Of a stretch of 64,000 nt of DNA, positions 10,878 through 24,774 are shown piece by piece. Within the stretch, counting starts at the first letter, position 1, and every line of letters begins with the position of its first letter. Both the position numbers and the translations under genes were made by a program. Where the stretch lies: NCBI GenBank assembly GCA_010909165.1, contig VJWM01000107.1, forward strand, positions 496,001-560,000. The letters run 5' to 3'. The DNA is from Anthoceros angustus (Eukaryota > Plantae > Anthocerotophyta). The notes beneath the pieces were generated by a model that searched no databases, had not been told where the DNA came from, and worked only from the letters and a program-made list of their open reading frames with translations.

Positions 10878-13169
10878 ATGGCTTATATCCCGCACCCGTG
10901 TCGGGTCCCCGCTGCCCCGGTGCAGCGCCTTGCGATCGATCTTCCTCCGGCTGCTGCTGCAACCATCTGCGGCAGTGCCGGCTCCATCCGGCCTGTGCTC
11001 ACGTGCGGGGCGGGCGGGTACGTGAGGCGGGTGCGGGGTCACGTGAGCTCAGGTTGCTGCTGCCTTCCTGCTCCGGGAGGCTGGCGGAGGAGGAAGGCGT
11101 TGCGGGTGGCGGCAGTGGCTGCGCCGGCGGAGAAGGTGCAGGAGGCGGCGGAGTCGGAATCGGAATGGGCATCCGGTGGGGAGAGGTTCGAGTGGAGGTC
11201 GCAGTGGTACCCGGTGTTCATCGCGGAGCACCTGGACAGGAGGGTGCCGCACGCGGCCACGGTGCTGGGGCGTGATATGGTGGTGTGGTGGGATCCCAAT
11301 GGGGCGGCATGGCAGGTGTTCGAGGACCGGTGCCGCACCGGCTGGCGCTCTCGGAGGGCAGGGTGGCGGAGACCGGGCATCTGCAGTGCTCGTACCACGG
11401 GTGGGCGTTCGCGCCGGCCACCGGCGCCTGCTCCTCCATTCCCCAGGCTCCCGCGGACGGGCCCCTGTACGTGCCGTGTTCACGCTGGAATCCGCCCGGA
11501 GCTGCGGGCTTGCAATGGCATGGGCTCAAGGGGCTGATCCTGGTGGTGGGTTTTGTTGGGTTTTGTTGGGTTCGGATGGCCGCAGTGTCACCTGTCGAAG
11601 CGGGCGTGCGCGGTCGTGTTCCCGAGCACGCTGCACCAGCGCATGATTTGGGTATGGCCCGACAGCTCCGAGGGCGCGCACCAGCGGGCTGCCGCCAGCC
11701 CGCCTCCCTCGCACCCGGAATTGACCGACCCGGATTTCGTCTCCGACCTGGCCATGGCGGAGCTGCCTTACTCGTAAGCAAGGTGGGTGGCAGGTGGGAG
11801 GGAAGCCCGGCTCGGTACTGGCATGACGTGACGCTCCTGCTTTTTTCGCAGGTACGAGACCTTGATCGAAAACTTCCTGGATCCGTGTCATGTCCCCTTC
11901 GCGCACCACAAGATACAGGTAACGTGGGCAGATTGTAGGTTGGGTTGTGGGTGGAAGTTGTCTGTGTGTGTGTGTTCGTGGGTATGGTGGCACTGAGGGT
12001 TGGTGGTAACAGGGGAACAGGAATCAAGCCCGGCCGTATGACTTGCGAGTGAAGGAAATCAGGAAGACGGGGTTTGTGGGGGAAGCCACGAATCGAGGCC
12101 CAGTGGCGTTTGAGGCGCCGCTGCTTGCCTCACTGAGGTTCACGCTACCACCTCAGCCCGAGACGGCAAGGTTTGTTCCCCAGATCTTGGTTTGGATTCC
12201 TGAGATTTCGTGGCGCACACCACAGCAGCGTCGTATCTTGTTACTGAGCTGGGCGTTGCTGTGTTGGAGTAGGCCGGAATGGGTGAAGAGAATCTTACCC
12301 TTACCACGGGACGAGAACAAGCCTGCCAAGATCAGGAGAGTCACTCTCTTCTTCTTCTGCGTCCCTGTGGCTCCAGGGAAGAGCAAGCTCTTCTGGGCCT
12401 TTCCTCGGAACTTCGCAAAGATAGTGTACCAGCTGACTCCGCGCTGGATCGCCCACCAGACCAACATGCTCGTACTGGTGTCCGATCTCGGCCTTCTGCA
12501 TTCCATGGTCAGTTCGTGCTGGGACGCTCATCTTGATCCATGCGGGGGGAGTCACTTTCTTGGCTTGCAAAACCCACCTCCATTGCACGTCTCTCTGCAG
12601 GAGCACAAGTTCGAGCAACTGGGCGGGAACGAGCGCTGGTTCAAGCTCTGCTACGTCCCCACCACAGCAGACGCATGCGTGATAGCCTTCAGGAAGTGGT
12701 TCCACAAGTTCAGCGGCAGCGCAGTGGACTGGTCCGGCCATGGCGGGGCCGCAAGCCCAGTTGCCAACCCGCCCTCCCGAAGGCAGCTGCTCGACAGGTC
12801 TCCACTCCTGCACACACACACATGGCACCATGTTGCATCCCTGCGGATGTGGACTTGGGCTGTCAGCCATCACACTCATGTCACGCCCATGCTCTGCGCA
12901 GGTACGCCTTGCATGTCGAGAAGTGCCCCCACTGTCGTGGCGCGCTAGGGTTTTTCCAGGCAGCGGAGACGGCACTGCAGGTCGTGGCGTATGCCTTGGT
13001 GGCGTTCCTGGCGGCCTCCGCCCTGAGGCCGGGGCTGTCGGTAGGGAGAAGCTTCAGTGTGGCTCTGGCGGGGATTGCACTGGCCAGCTTTGTGCTCTCC
13101 AAGGCCCTGGCGTTCCACACACAGCGGGCATTCCACTTCAAGGATTACATCCACGCCCTTGTGAAATGA
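10878..13169 (+). CDS. PTC52: Chloroplast Rieske oxygenase of the PAO/PTC52 (ACD1-like) family, multi-exon; apparent frameshift near 11333
   Basis: Transit-peptide-like N-terminus; WYPV...VVWWD; Rieske C(P)HRLA..SEGR...LQCSYHGW; mononuclear Fe site [14 protein letters not shown]; C-terminal HVEKCPHC and FHFKDYIHA. Confidence 0.8.
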
Positions 13170-14310
13170 AACCTCTCTCCCACATCCTGATTTTCAGCTC
13201 ATGCTAACCAGGCAGCATCCGCCGGGTCGTTAAGCTTTCCCTGTCGTTTCCAGAGCCTCGTGGGGCCTGGTTGGTTCAGTGATTCTGCCTTCTGATACTC
13301 GTGCAGTGTGTGGAGCCTGTGTCCTGATGGTGTCCGTTGCGTGACAATCTTCTCCCCCCTCGAAAGTGACCTCCGTCGGTGCAACAATTTCACTGCCATT
13401 CTTCAGAAAACCTGCGGCAGCTCCGCAACAAACCTCACCACCTGCCGCAATTGAGCCTCTGGACGAAGCCCAGAAAAAGCCCGAACTGGGCCACTCGACG
13501 CCTGAGATAGGGCCGAGTGGGAACGCAAAAGGAACCCGGTCCGGGCAGAGAGGAACGGAGAGCTGATGCGTCTCACTTCGCCAATAACGCGGCGCAAGCG
13601 AAGCGAAGCATTTGTTTCGCGTTGCGATTCGCCGAAAAGATGCCGTGACTGCAGGCACGCGCCAGCGTGGGCTGCTGCCGGCAAATGCCTTAGACTCTTT
13701 CGCCGCTGTTTGCGCTCTCCGTGCTGCCCAGATCCCCGTGCAACGGGGCGGGGCGGACGACGGCCTCCTGCCTGAAGGCGTGGGCATCCCTGCTTCCCTC
13801 CCCGCTCAGATCCGCGGCTCTGTGCGCCGCCTGCGCGTCCCAGCTGCGGCAGATCCGCGGGAGCAGGCGGGGAGGCGGGGAATTCTCATTCATTCCGCGG
13901 CGCTGGACCCGCCTGCGGATCTGTAATACATTGCAGGGTTGATCGGAATTTGCGCAAGAACGCAGCTCGGCTTCAGCTCATTCTGTTGCTATGTAGGTTG
14001 TTCCATCCGTGGTGTTGAGTGCTGAGCTCGATGATTTCGAGTGTGAATTGAGCTCTCCATTTCCGGAATGCGTGCGTTGGATCCGAATTGCCGGCCCGCG
14101 GGTTGCGGGAGAAAGGAGGGACTTCGTGTGCAGGAGAGGTTTCGGTTTGTCGCTGTGATAGAATGTGAAAATTAGGCTTTGGCAGGTTTCCGATGCAGTG
14201 TTTGTGGTGATGCACTGTATCGGCAGAGGGCGTACATTTTGGGGGAGGGTAGGAGGAATGTTGTGCTGAAAATTCTTTTTTGTTTCCTTCTTTCTTGTGC
14301 AGTTTGCGGA

Positions 14311-17300
14311 ATGGCGACGTCGCAATTACTGACTGCTGCTCGTCGGCGTGGAGCTCTGCTAGGGAAGAGGAGGTGTGGGATTGTGCTGGAATTCTTCCGG
14401 TTCCGTTGCGCTCGGGCTTTGCTCATTGTCGGGTGTTTCTGGATTCGCAGACGAGCTGTTGTGTTAGCAACAGCGCTTGTTCTGGGAGGCGGAATAGCGT
14501 ATAGCCGTTTGAGCTCGAGTAAGAAGTCACGTGGTCTTCGGAGTTCTGGGACGGATGGAGCCGACTCGAGTGAAAGGGCGAAGGGCTCGAGTCGTGGACC
14601 TGCGGAAGGAAAACGCAAGAGAGCCGGACTGAAGAATGTGCAAGTGCTGGCCGATATCTTGCGTGCTGAGATGGGGGATAAAGGCATGGCAAATTTTGTG
14701 GCATTAGCAGGCATTGCTGTGAGTAGCTTGCGTCCTCCTCCCTCCTGTTTGTGAGAAGAACAGGGTTCTGGAATCAGCTGCTGAGTGAGTTTTGAACGGT
14801 TGTCGTTACAGATTCTGCGAACGGGTTTGAGCAACAGGTTGGCGAGAGTGCAAGCCTTTCTCTTCAGAGCTGCTTTCCTCAGACGAGTACCACTTTTCAT
14901 ACGGCTCATTGCAGAAAATCTCATCCTTTGTCTCCTTCAGTCGTCCTTCATATCTACTGCCAAGTACCTGTCCGGCTTGCTCAGTCTCAGATGCTGCCAG
15001 ATACTCACAAAGAAGATCCATAATGATTATTTTCAGGTGATGTGCTTCAGGAACTCATTGTTCGATTCCAAAAGTTGTGCCCAAGGCCTATCAGCTGTTC
15101 TTTTGGTTCTGGGTGTTGAAGGGTTTTCTCCTTGCCCATGGTCGTTGCAGAATATGACTTATTACAAGATGTCACATGTTGACCGCCGCATTGGTAGCCC
15201 AGAGCAAATCATTGTCAGCGACATACCGAAGTTCTGCTTCGAGCTCTGTGAAATTGTGCAAGAAAATTTGACAGCTACGTTTGAGGGACTTCTTTATACG
15301 TGGCGCCTTTGTACTTATGCCAGCCCTAAGTATGCCTTAGGAATTCTGGTAAGCCTCTATTGATACAAAGAACATCCTCTTTTGAGTACACAGTGCAGGC
15401 AACCGGGGGTGAATGTACTGACATGTTTCATTTGTCGTGATTCTTGTTTTCAGGCCTATGTTGTTGGGGTGGGTAGCTTCACCACTTCTATATCACCTCC
15501 ATTTGGCAAGCTTACCTCGATTGAACAGCAGCTGGAAGGAGAATATAGGCAGAAGCACTCAAGAGTTAGAACACAGTCAGAAAGCATAGCGTTCTACGGT
15601 GGGCAGGACAGGGAAGGATCCATCATTCGCCAGCACTTCAGGAAACTTGTGAGACACCTGGATCGTGTTCTGTTCACACAGTGGTGGTTTGGGATCATCC
15701 AGGACTTTTTACTGAAGTATTTGGGGACAACTTTTGGAGCTGTATTGATCATTCACCCTTTCTTCTCTGGGGACCTAAAACCTGACAACACTACTCTGGG
15801 CAGAGCTAAAATGCTCAGCAATATGCGATACCATACAAGTGTCATCATATCCATGTTCCAATCTTTGGGTTCACTAGCTAGCTCTACTCGAAAGCTTCAT
15901 CGTTTGAGGTTGAGAGCCTCCCATGATTGTATTGCTTTGTGTGCACATAATGGTGACGGTTTCTAAATGTCACAGTTTTCTATTTTCTGATATCTGGTTG
16001 TTGTTTGTCTGCAGTGGATATGCCAATCGTATCCAAGAGCTTTTGGCAGTTGCACATGAGCTTCGCATTGCTGGTGACAGCAATGGTCCAGTAAACAGCG
16101 GTATTGGCCACATTAGGGAGGGAAAGGTCATCGAGTTTGAGGGGGTGAAGGTATGATGAGCAGCAAACACTTTGTGATCCTGAAATCGGGAATCTATCTC
16201 TTGAACGGCTTGTTTAGAATGTGTGCCCATGTTTATGATGCAGGTGGTCACTCCTACAGGTGCAACTCTCGTGGAAGACTTGACACTGAGGGTTGAGCCG
16301 GGCACCAATCTTCTCATCACTGGTAATTATGCAAGCTGTGCAGGGCTGTTTGTCTGCTCTATGTTTTTCCAGTGTAGCTTAATCTGATAAAACACGATAT
16401 CCAGGTCCAAATGGAAGCGGAAAGAGCTCTTTGTTTCGGGTTTTAGGTGGCCTTTGGCCGTTGGTTGCTGGTCGCATCACTAAGCCTGGAGTCGGGTCAG
16501 ACCTATGTCATGAGATATTCTATGTGCCACAACGACCTTATATGGCTGTTGGAACTCTGCGGGACCAACTTATTTACCCCTTAACTGCAGCGGAGGAAGT
16601 GGAACCGCTTTCGATAGAAGGCATGCGTGCCTTACTTAAAAATGTAATCTCTGTTCTTGCTGTCACCTACACCTTTTTGCATTTCGTAAACAGACATGGG
16701 CCTGCTTGTTGTCAGTCGCCATGGCAATCAAGTTTGAGGATTTTGACACATCCGCATACCCACAGGTGGATCTGGAATACCTGCTCGACAGGTATCCTCC
16801 TGACGAAATAGTTAACTGGGGAGACAATTTGTCTCTTGGAGAACAACAGCGATTAGGGATGGCTCGACTGTTCTATCACAAGCCAGCTTTTGCAATTCTT
16901 GACGAGTGCACAAGTGCAGTGACCACAGACATGGAAGAACGGTTTTGTGCTCAAGTTCGTGCTATGGGCACTTCATGTGTTACAATCTCTCACCGACCAG
17001 CCCTTGTAGCTTTTCATGACACAGTGCTCTCTCTGGATGGTGAGGGCGGCTGGAGTGTGCATTACAAAAGGTGACCTTTGCTGAGGCATTAGGCAGTGTT
17101 ACATTATAGCTTGTCTTGCTCGAGCAGCTGTTGGTGTAACTGTTTTTCAACATGTGGCAGGGATCCTACTTCTGATGCACACCCTGTGGATGTGAGGGAT
17201 GGTGAGGTTCATACTGAGCGGTCACAGGATGCTCTCACTGTAAAGAGGCATTTTTCGGCAGTGCAGGAAAAGGTATGTGGAGGCTTGGAATGATGACATT

Positions 17301-20300
17301 GACAAAGCTTATGTCGTTTTCTACGCTTTGTGATGTATGCGGGCATGGCAATGTGGCATGTTCTCAGGACGTTGATGGTCAAAGCTCCAAGGGACTAGAG
17401 TCTTATGTCCATTCAGTATTGGCTAGATCGCCCCCAGTAGATGTTAATGCACCTGTACCTCAAGTACCTCGACTGCAGACTGTACCGCAAAGCACAAGCG
17501 TTAGAGTGGCTAACCTGCGCAAAATTCTGGTATCAACTACACTTCTTTTGGCTTATTTTGGCTAACATCCCCTTGGCATGTACTCACAGGCGTCAACTGT
17601 ATTCAGGTACCAAGCCTCGCCAGCAAGCAGGGTGTAACTCTTCTAGCTGTTGCATTGTTGGTTGGATCCCGGACATACATCTCTGACCGCATCGCTGATC
17701 TGAATGGTAGGTTTGCTCTCAAAGCATTGTCTACCCGTGTTCTGGTCCTCAAGGTGTGATGTACCCTGATTCTTTTCTGTGACACAGGTACACTTGTAAA
17801 GCATGTCATGAGCCAAGACAAGGCAGCTTTTGTTCATTCCACGGGAGTCAGCATCTTTCAAAGTGCAGCTTCAGCTATTGTAGCTCCGTCTCTCAGGTTG
17901 AGCTGGAATGCATTGACAAAGTGTTTTTGAAGACAAGTGAAAATGCTTCTGTGCTAAGAGCGTTGTATGATTGCAAACGTGGGTTAACTTAATTGAATAG
18001 TATGGGTCTGATTGTGGAGTTCATGTTTGTTTCAGGAACTTGACAGCAAAGCTTGCACTTAACTGGAGAAGCGCCCTGACAGCTTATCTTTCTAATCTGT
18101 ATTTTCGAAACAATGCTTTCTATAAGGTTGTCACTCCGTTTAATGCTGGACTCTGTTATCGTCATTGCATCACTCGTGGTAGGGTTTCTTACATGACTGC
18201 TTTGTGTTTCCAGGCTGTGCACTTGTCCGATAGTGGCATGGATGTTGATCAGCGGATCACGCAAGATGTGGAAAGGCTCTGTGGTGATCTTTCTGGACTT
18301 GTAACAGGAATGGTGAAACCGCTGGTGGATATCTTGTGGTACGTCAGGACTCGTCTATACTGACTCCATCACTTCATTTGTCTGGTGACTGATATTATGT
18401 CCCAGGCATTGGTCGTGCCCTTTGTGTCGTAGTTAGACAATTTCCTAGTTTATCTCAGCTGACATTGCCTTGCACTGTGGTAGGTTCACAATGCGCATGC
18501 AAGCGCTTACTGGTGCACGAGGTGTGGGCATCTTATATCTGTACATGCTCCTGGGCTTGGGATTTCTTCGGACAATTACCCCAGATTTTTCAGCCTTAAC
18601 AAGCAAAGAGCAACAGTTGGAAGGGGCGTACAGGTGCCTTCTAGGAACTTTTCACCTTTCCGTCTGCTGTCTAACCTGAACCTGCATCGCAATCATAGGC
18701 CTGACATAAATTTGGTGAGGCACCGTATGGGATTTTAAATGACCTGCTGGCTTTTAAAATTTTGCAGGTACATGCATTCAAGGCTCCGTACTCATGCTGA
18801 ATCAATTGCCTTCTTTGGTGGTGGCTTGCGAGAACAATCTGTAAGAACTAGCCATCCTTGCTTCTGGTGACGTACAGTTCTGCTGATTGATTGCTTGTGA
18901 GACAGTCTGCAAGGAGTTGTTCATGTTGTACAGTACTGCAGACTATTGAGATGCTGAAAGGTTGGAGATGACATCCAGGTTATAGAGGAGCATTATAAAG
19001 CCTTAATTGATCACTCTTTCAAGTTGCTGAAGAAACGCTGGCTGTTTGGGATCGCTGACGAATTTATTAACAAGCAACTACCTCACAACGTGACATGGGG
19101 CCTAAGCCTAATGTATGCGCTTGAGCATGATGGAGATCGTTCTTTAACTTCTGTGCAAGGTAACAAGTTGTTATCGGTTGTCTTAAAATAGTCTTACTGC
19201 TTTGTAGTAAAGGGGCTAGCAATCAGCCCTTGTCCTAATGAGGTTCACGCTGGCACTTTGACAGGGGACCTTGCCCACGATCTTCGGTTCCTTGCGTCTG
19301 TGGTTTCACAGAGCTTTCTTGCATTTGGTGACGTTTTAGAGATGCAGCGGAAACTCCTGGAGCTGTCTGGTCACATTGGCAGAGTGTCTGAACTTGGTGA
19401 ATTGTTGGGTGCCGCACAGCATGGTGAGTTGGAAGCTGTAGTGGCCTATATGCTCGTGGTGAAGAGGCAGTTGGGTACTTAAACTGACGATCTGATTGTG
19501 GCAGAGCTTGTGCCCCCTCATGAAGCTGGTGAGGCCGTGGCAAGTGGAGAGTCCTCATTTGTTGACAGAAGTGATGAGATTATGTTCAAAGAAGTGGATG
19601 TTGTAACTCCAGCTCAAAAGCTGCTGGCCAGGAAGCTGTCATTCGAAATTAGCGAAGGTGAAAGCATGCTAGTCACAGGTTAGTCACTTTTACAGAGGCC
19701 TGCCCCAATTATTCCTCTTGTTGGAAGGTTATGGAACTGTTGTGTCTGAAGTTTGGTCTTTGTGGTTGTGTATTAGGTCCGAACGGCAGTGGGAAAAGCT
19801 CTCTCTTCAGGGTGCTTGGTGGACTGTGGCCTGTCGCAAGTGGACAAATAATGAAACCCGGTGGAGCCGATGATTCCAGTAGAAGGGGATTGAGCAGGGA
19901 GATATTCTATGTGCCACAACGCCCATATACCGCCCTTGGGACTCTTCGGGACCAGATCATTTACCCCTTGACTCTTGCGGATGCTGCCACCAAGGCAGAG
20001 ACAGAGAAAATTCCATCAGGTATGTGTACGTCTGTGGACGTGGTCCAGTCGGGTATCCCTACTCCTTGGAAGTGGTGCACAACACGAACCAAATCACTGG
20101 CGTGATATGTTTCTCTTGTTATCATGTGTGTGCTCAGAAGAGGCAAGATATTTTGTGACGGGGACGTCAAGAGGCGAGCCCAGTAAGGAAGCTCTGAGGG
20201 TGCTTGATGACAAGCTGCGAAGGATTTTGGAAGACGTGAGACTGGTATATCTGCTTGATCGGGAAGGAGGATGGAACACTGTTGCACACTGGGAGGACAT

Positions 20301-20849
20301 GTTGTCCCTGGGAGAACAGCAGCGACTTGGGATGGTAAACACACCCCCACAAGCTCGCCGCATTAAGGCTGGTAGAATGTGGCAGAGCTGACTCATTTGG
20401 CATGGTTGCAGGCGAGGCTTTTCTTCCATCAGCCCAAGTTCGGAATCCTGGACGAGTGCACAAAGTAAGAAGTTGATGTGGGTTTGCTACAGTCTGGCCA
20501 GGTTGCAGCATGTGCAGCAGGTGGCTGATGATTCTCTCTCGTATTCCTGATGCAGCGCTACCAGCGTAGATGTGGAGGAGTCGCTGTACAGGGTGGCGCA
20601 GTCCCTTGGGATCACAGTTGTTACCATCTCTCAGGTCTGATAGTCGAGTTGCTCTTGGTCTCCAATGCTATGCCAATGCCAGGAAGACGGAGGTGTTCTA
20701 AGCTGTTTGTGTGTGTGTGTGTGCAGCGGCCAGCGCTTATACCATTCCATTCAACAGAACTTCGGTTGATTGACGGTGAGGGCGGTTGGGAGCTGCGGAC
20801 CATTGAGTCGGAGCAGAGTGAAGGAGAAGGGGGGTTCCAGAAGTTGTAA
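14311..20849 (+). CDS. ABCD1: Full-size peroxisomal ABC transporter, subfamily D (COMATOSE/PXA1-like), many exons
   Basis: Two TMD-NBD halves; Walker [10 protein letters not shown] twice; signature [10 protein letters not shown] twice; ILDECT twice; EAA-like [16 protein letters not shown]. Confidence 0.93.
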
Positions 20850-20962
20850 CCATCCGCAGCTTTAGATAGGCATGGATAGAAAAAAGTGATGTGGTGGGTG
20901 TAGGCAGGTATGGACTTTTCTGACCATACAATGTGGTATATCCGTTGCAATGCAAGGGTGGG

Positions 20963-22503
20963 TTAAAAGTGTCTTTGCAGAGGCTTCTCCAACAAGGCGG
21001 AGATGTACATCTCGTGCAGGTCGGCGCCGCGGTCCAGCTTGGCCCCGACCACCCACCTGAGCTTGGTGTAGCCGAGCCCCTCGATCATGGGCAGGTACGT
21101 GGAGTTGAGCTGGGGCAGCAGGCAGAAGAAGTGGTCGAGCCAGAGCAGGCCCCCGGGCCGCAGCACGCGGTCGATGTCGAAGAGGATGAAGTGGAGCGCG
21201 CGGTCGGGGATCCAGTTGCTGAGCACGTGCATGGAGTGCACCAAGTCCAGCGTGTTGTCCCAGAAGGGCAGCCGCTGCGACAGCGTCATGAAGAGCGGCA
21301 CCACCCCCCGCCGCGCCACGAAGTTGTTGAAGGGCCCCCCGAGGTTGAGCGTGGATGTCACCACGGTCACCCGCTGCTCCGCCATGCGCACCGCGAAGGA
21401 GCCCGTCCCCCCGCCGATGTCCAGCCCGATGCGCAGCCTCCCCTTCTTCAGCGCCACCACCTCCTCCACCGCGAAGTCCAGCGGCGAGGCGGGCCCGGCC
21501 CCACCACCGGCCTGCGGGACCCACCGCTTGCTCTCCCGCCCGCCCAGGTCGAAGCAGTCCAGGCAGTCCGCGAACACCTGCAGCCAGAGGACCATGGCCA
21601 AATCGCTATCGCTTTCAAATTCTGCATTGCATGGAGACATGGAGGTGTGTGCGAGTGCACTACCTTGAGCTTGGCGCGGCCGTTGAGGCAGTGGAAGGAC
21701 TTGCACTGGTATGCGCTCCACACGTAGCTGCCGTCCTCCTCGTCCGGGTGGCGGCCCTGATGCCACAGCGACGCCGGGAGAGGCAGGGGCTCCAGGAAGG
21801 TGTCGCCCGCTGGAGAGCGGGCGAAGCATCGGCGGCGGGGGAGCGGCTCGCATCCGGCCAGGAGGAGGCGCTGGGCGAGCTCCTCGTCGTCGGGGCACTG
21901 GTCGCCCACGGAGTAGGTCATGAATTGGAGCAGGTCCTGGCGGGTCTGCTTGCTGCCCGCCACGCAGCCGTGGCCCAGCGTCGCGCTCCACATGTCCGTG
22001 GCCAGGGACGGGTTCCACCCCAGGGGAGCTTCCTCGCCGCCATGAACTCCTCCACCTCGCCTCCAGGGGAGCGCTTGCTCGGCCTGGGCCCTCGCCTGCT
22101 CGGCCTGCCGCGCCGCCTGCTCCCGCACCCGCCCCACCTCCTGCTGCGCGCGCTGCAGCTCCGCCCTGGTGGCGTTCAGCTGGGCCAGGAGCGCCGCGTT
22201 GGTGTTGGCGCAGGCGTGGCCGGCGTCGCGGGCCGCGGGCAGGGAAGAGAGGAAGTTGAGGCCGGCTGCGGACGAGGAGGAGGTGGTGGATCCGGATCCG
22301 GATCCGGAGGAGGAGAGGGAGGTGGCGGCGTCCGGGAAGCCGCGGGAGTACCCCAGGATGGTGTAGAGCGCCAGCACGTTGGTGCCCACCACGGCCACCA
22401 GCACCAGCAGCTTGTGCGGCATCCTCTTGACGCTCTTCATCAGGCTGCCGTTCACCGCTTTCAAGGACGCCTCCATGTGCCACTGGGCGGAGGCGCCTCC
22501 CAT
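20963..22503 (-). CDS. Putative type II membrane SAM-dependent methyltransferase (Methyltransf_29 family); intron 21578-21663
   Basis: N-terminal TM (LLVLVAVVGTNVLALY); GCEPLPRRRC; IGLDIGGGTGSFA; RLPFWDNTLDLVHSMH; DIDRVLRPGGLLWLDHFFC. Confidence 0.88.
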
Positions 22504-23390
22504 TCTCCCCGCTCGCTCTGCCTCTGCCTCTGCCTCTGCCTCCGCCTTGGCCGCCTCCTGCTTCCGGCCCCCGCCTCCAGCTTCGGGTGCGTGGCTGCAG
22601 CCTGCAGATCTGCAGACATGCCACCCCGCTCACTCCAAGACCACAAGCCAAGAAACCCGAGGCGGCCACTGTGTATGTCACAACGGCAGGAAAGAAACGC
22701 CCAAGACTGCCGCACCATTTCCGCTTGCCAGTACACACACACACAACCAAGTTTACTTCCATTTTTCTTCCGTTTTCGCGGGTGCCATGAAATGAACTAT
22801 CCATATCCGCGACGTACACCCGTCCACGCTGCCTTGGCCTGGGCTGGGCGCGCATGTCGGTATGCCTTGCAATCGAGCTCACATGCCGCTCTCTTCTCCT
22901 ACATGTTTTCTAGCTTCAGCAAGCTCCTGTTGGGGCTCACCAGCCACCGTAATGAAGCAGAAACTCTGGAGCTAGCACTCTGGAGCGCTTTATTGCTCGT
23001 CACTAGGCACATGAGGCCCTGGGAGCGAGGGCAGGCAACTTACTGGTCCATCAATGGCTCGACTTGCAAGGTGTGCAAGAGCAAGCGCAAGCGCGGAAGA
23101 GTAACAGTACGAGCGATGGGCTTAACGACTCCTTGATGGTGAGGCATGAGCAGAAAGTGGGGGAGTTAGGTGCAAACATAATGTCGGATGAGAGAAGGCG
23201 GCTAACCGCCAACAACTCTCCACGACCAGTTAAGGAGGCGCGAGCCTAGCACGGGCTTTTTAACGCAGGAAAGAAGAAACTGAGCAATGACGTCCAGTGT
23301 GTGTGGCAGCGGCTTCTTCATTGTTATCCAGACACATCTATTCAGTGCATGCTAATTTGACCTTTCTCCACTGGACATTACAGGCTTGCC

Positions 23391-24774
23391 ATGGATATGC
23401 AGATAGAAGAGTTCAATTCCTTTCTCCCTGCCAGCGATGTGCTGGTGGTGCTGTGCGTGAAAAAGCTGAGGGCCTGCCAGGAGAAGATCTGCGAACTTGC
23501 TCTGCACTCGCATGTGCTCAGGGCGCAGTCGACGTCGAAGTACTTCCTAGATGAACTTCCTGCTGGCAATGTCCCGCCAGCGAACAATAACACGAGGTAA
23601 CGAGTTGTAAGCTGCTTCCAAGTCGGTTTGACGCCAGGAGCGGCAAGTTTCAAGTTTTCAAGGCAGCAGAGTCACTAACCACGTGTTATAAGCTGTGATT
23701 CGCAGGACCAGGCTGCTGCTCACATGCATGCATCCGCTCTCGAACCAGCCAATGCCGTCTTCCTACGTGAAATGCTTGAAAGGAATGTATCAGGCCCATT
23801 TTTATGGAGATTCTGTGAGCAGCTTAAGCTTGTCGCAGATGAGTAGCGTGGCAGAGGCAATAGGCCTTTTGGAAGCGGCCATCTCGATCGGCTTCAGTAT
23901 GGGAGTGAAAGCCTCGTTTCGCTACATTCAAGATGCGAAATTGACTTCTGCTGAGAAGGAATCTATTTCAACGTATCTCAGCTCCATCCATGTTTCTGAC
24001 CCCAAGTCTAGCGTGGCAGTGCGGCCTGATTATGAATTTGGAGGCTTTCATCATGTCTTCAGCTGCGACTGTGACCTTGTGAAAATCGCTCTTATCGAAA
24101 AGTGGAAAGGTGCGCTGGCTTGCTGGCGCGGAGGAGTGGAAGAGCGCAATGACGCTCGTCCACGGATTCCTGGTGACCTTCCTAAAGTATGGGTGACAAG
24201 AATGACATGCTACAAGATTATGTGGTTGTTGGAAATGGCTGAGGATCTCGGCGTCGCCGACAAGTGTATTGAGTACTTTGTGCACGAGAGCCTCTTGGTC
24301 CATATGCTACATCAGTACATTCAGAGTTCAGAGAAGACTGCAACCGACCATGAGGTTATCAAGGATGAAGTAGAAGCATTGGTTGAAGCATTGTACTTCA
24401 TCGGGCTGCGAATAATGGACGCCCTAGCATTGGGCACGAAGGAGGGAAACATTTGTGGCGAGCTCACCCAACGACGTGCTTTCGGTCAGAGCCTTTATGT
24501 ATTCCGGAAAATACTCGGTAATCCACATGCACGCCATCACTTTCGAAAACTCAGATTTGGCGAAACCAGGATTTTGCACATGGCTAGTGCTGGAAGCATA
24601 CCGATGTCCAAAGCTTTGCAAAAATCTTTCTGGGATTTGTCTGTTGCAGGCCCTGACCCGAAGAAAGCCATCAGGAAATCCATTAAGCATCTGGCCCGTA
24701 AACTTCAGGTACCTTTCGAAAACTTGGAGTTGAAGCTAGATGGGCAGATATGGGAAGCAATCTTAGAAGAATAA
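23391..24774 (+). CDS. Divergent BTB/POZ-like protein, array copy 1 (exons 23391-23596, 23706-24774)
   Basis: SDVLVVL...LHSHVLRAQSTSKYF, YVKCLKGMY, AIGLLEAAISIGFSMGVKASFRYI resemble the plant At1g63850/At3g05675-type BTB family; intron position shared with the paralogues. Confidence 0.6.

Noticed and set aside
13200-14000. Several short ORFs and GATCCGCG (histone octamer-like) motifs with a small inverted repeat at about 13850-13923
   Set aside because: No recognisable protein or splice pattern; the motifs are short, GC-rich and not next to the histone gene
21355-23136. 593-aa + strand ORF and other long overlapping ORFs around 9.4-13.2 kb and 20.9-23.1 kb
   Set aside because: Shadow ORFs of GC-rich coding sequence on the other strand or frame; low-complexity R/G/A/P translations with no motifs
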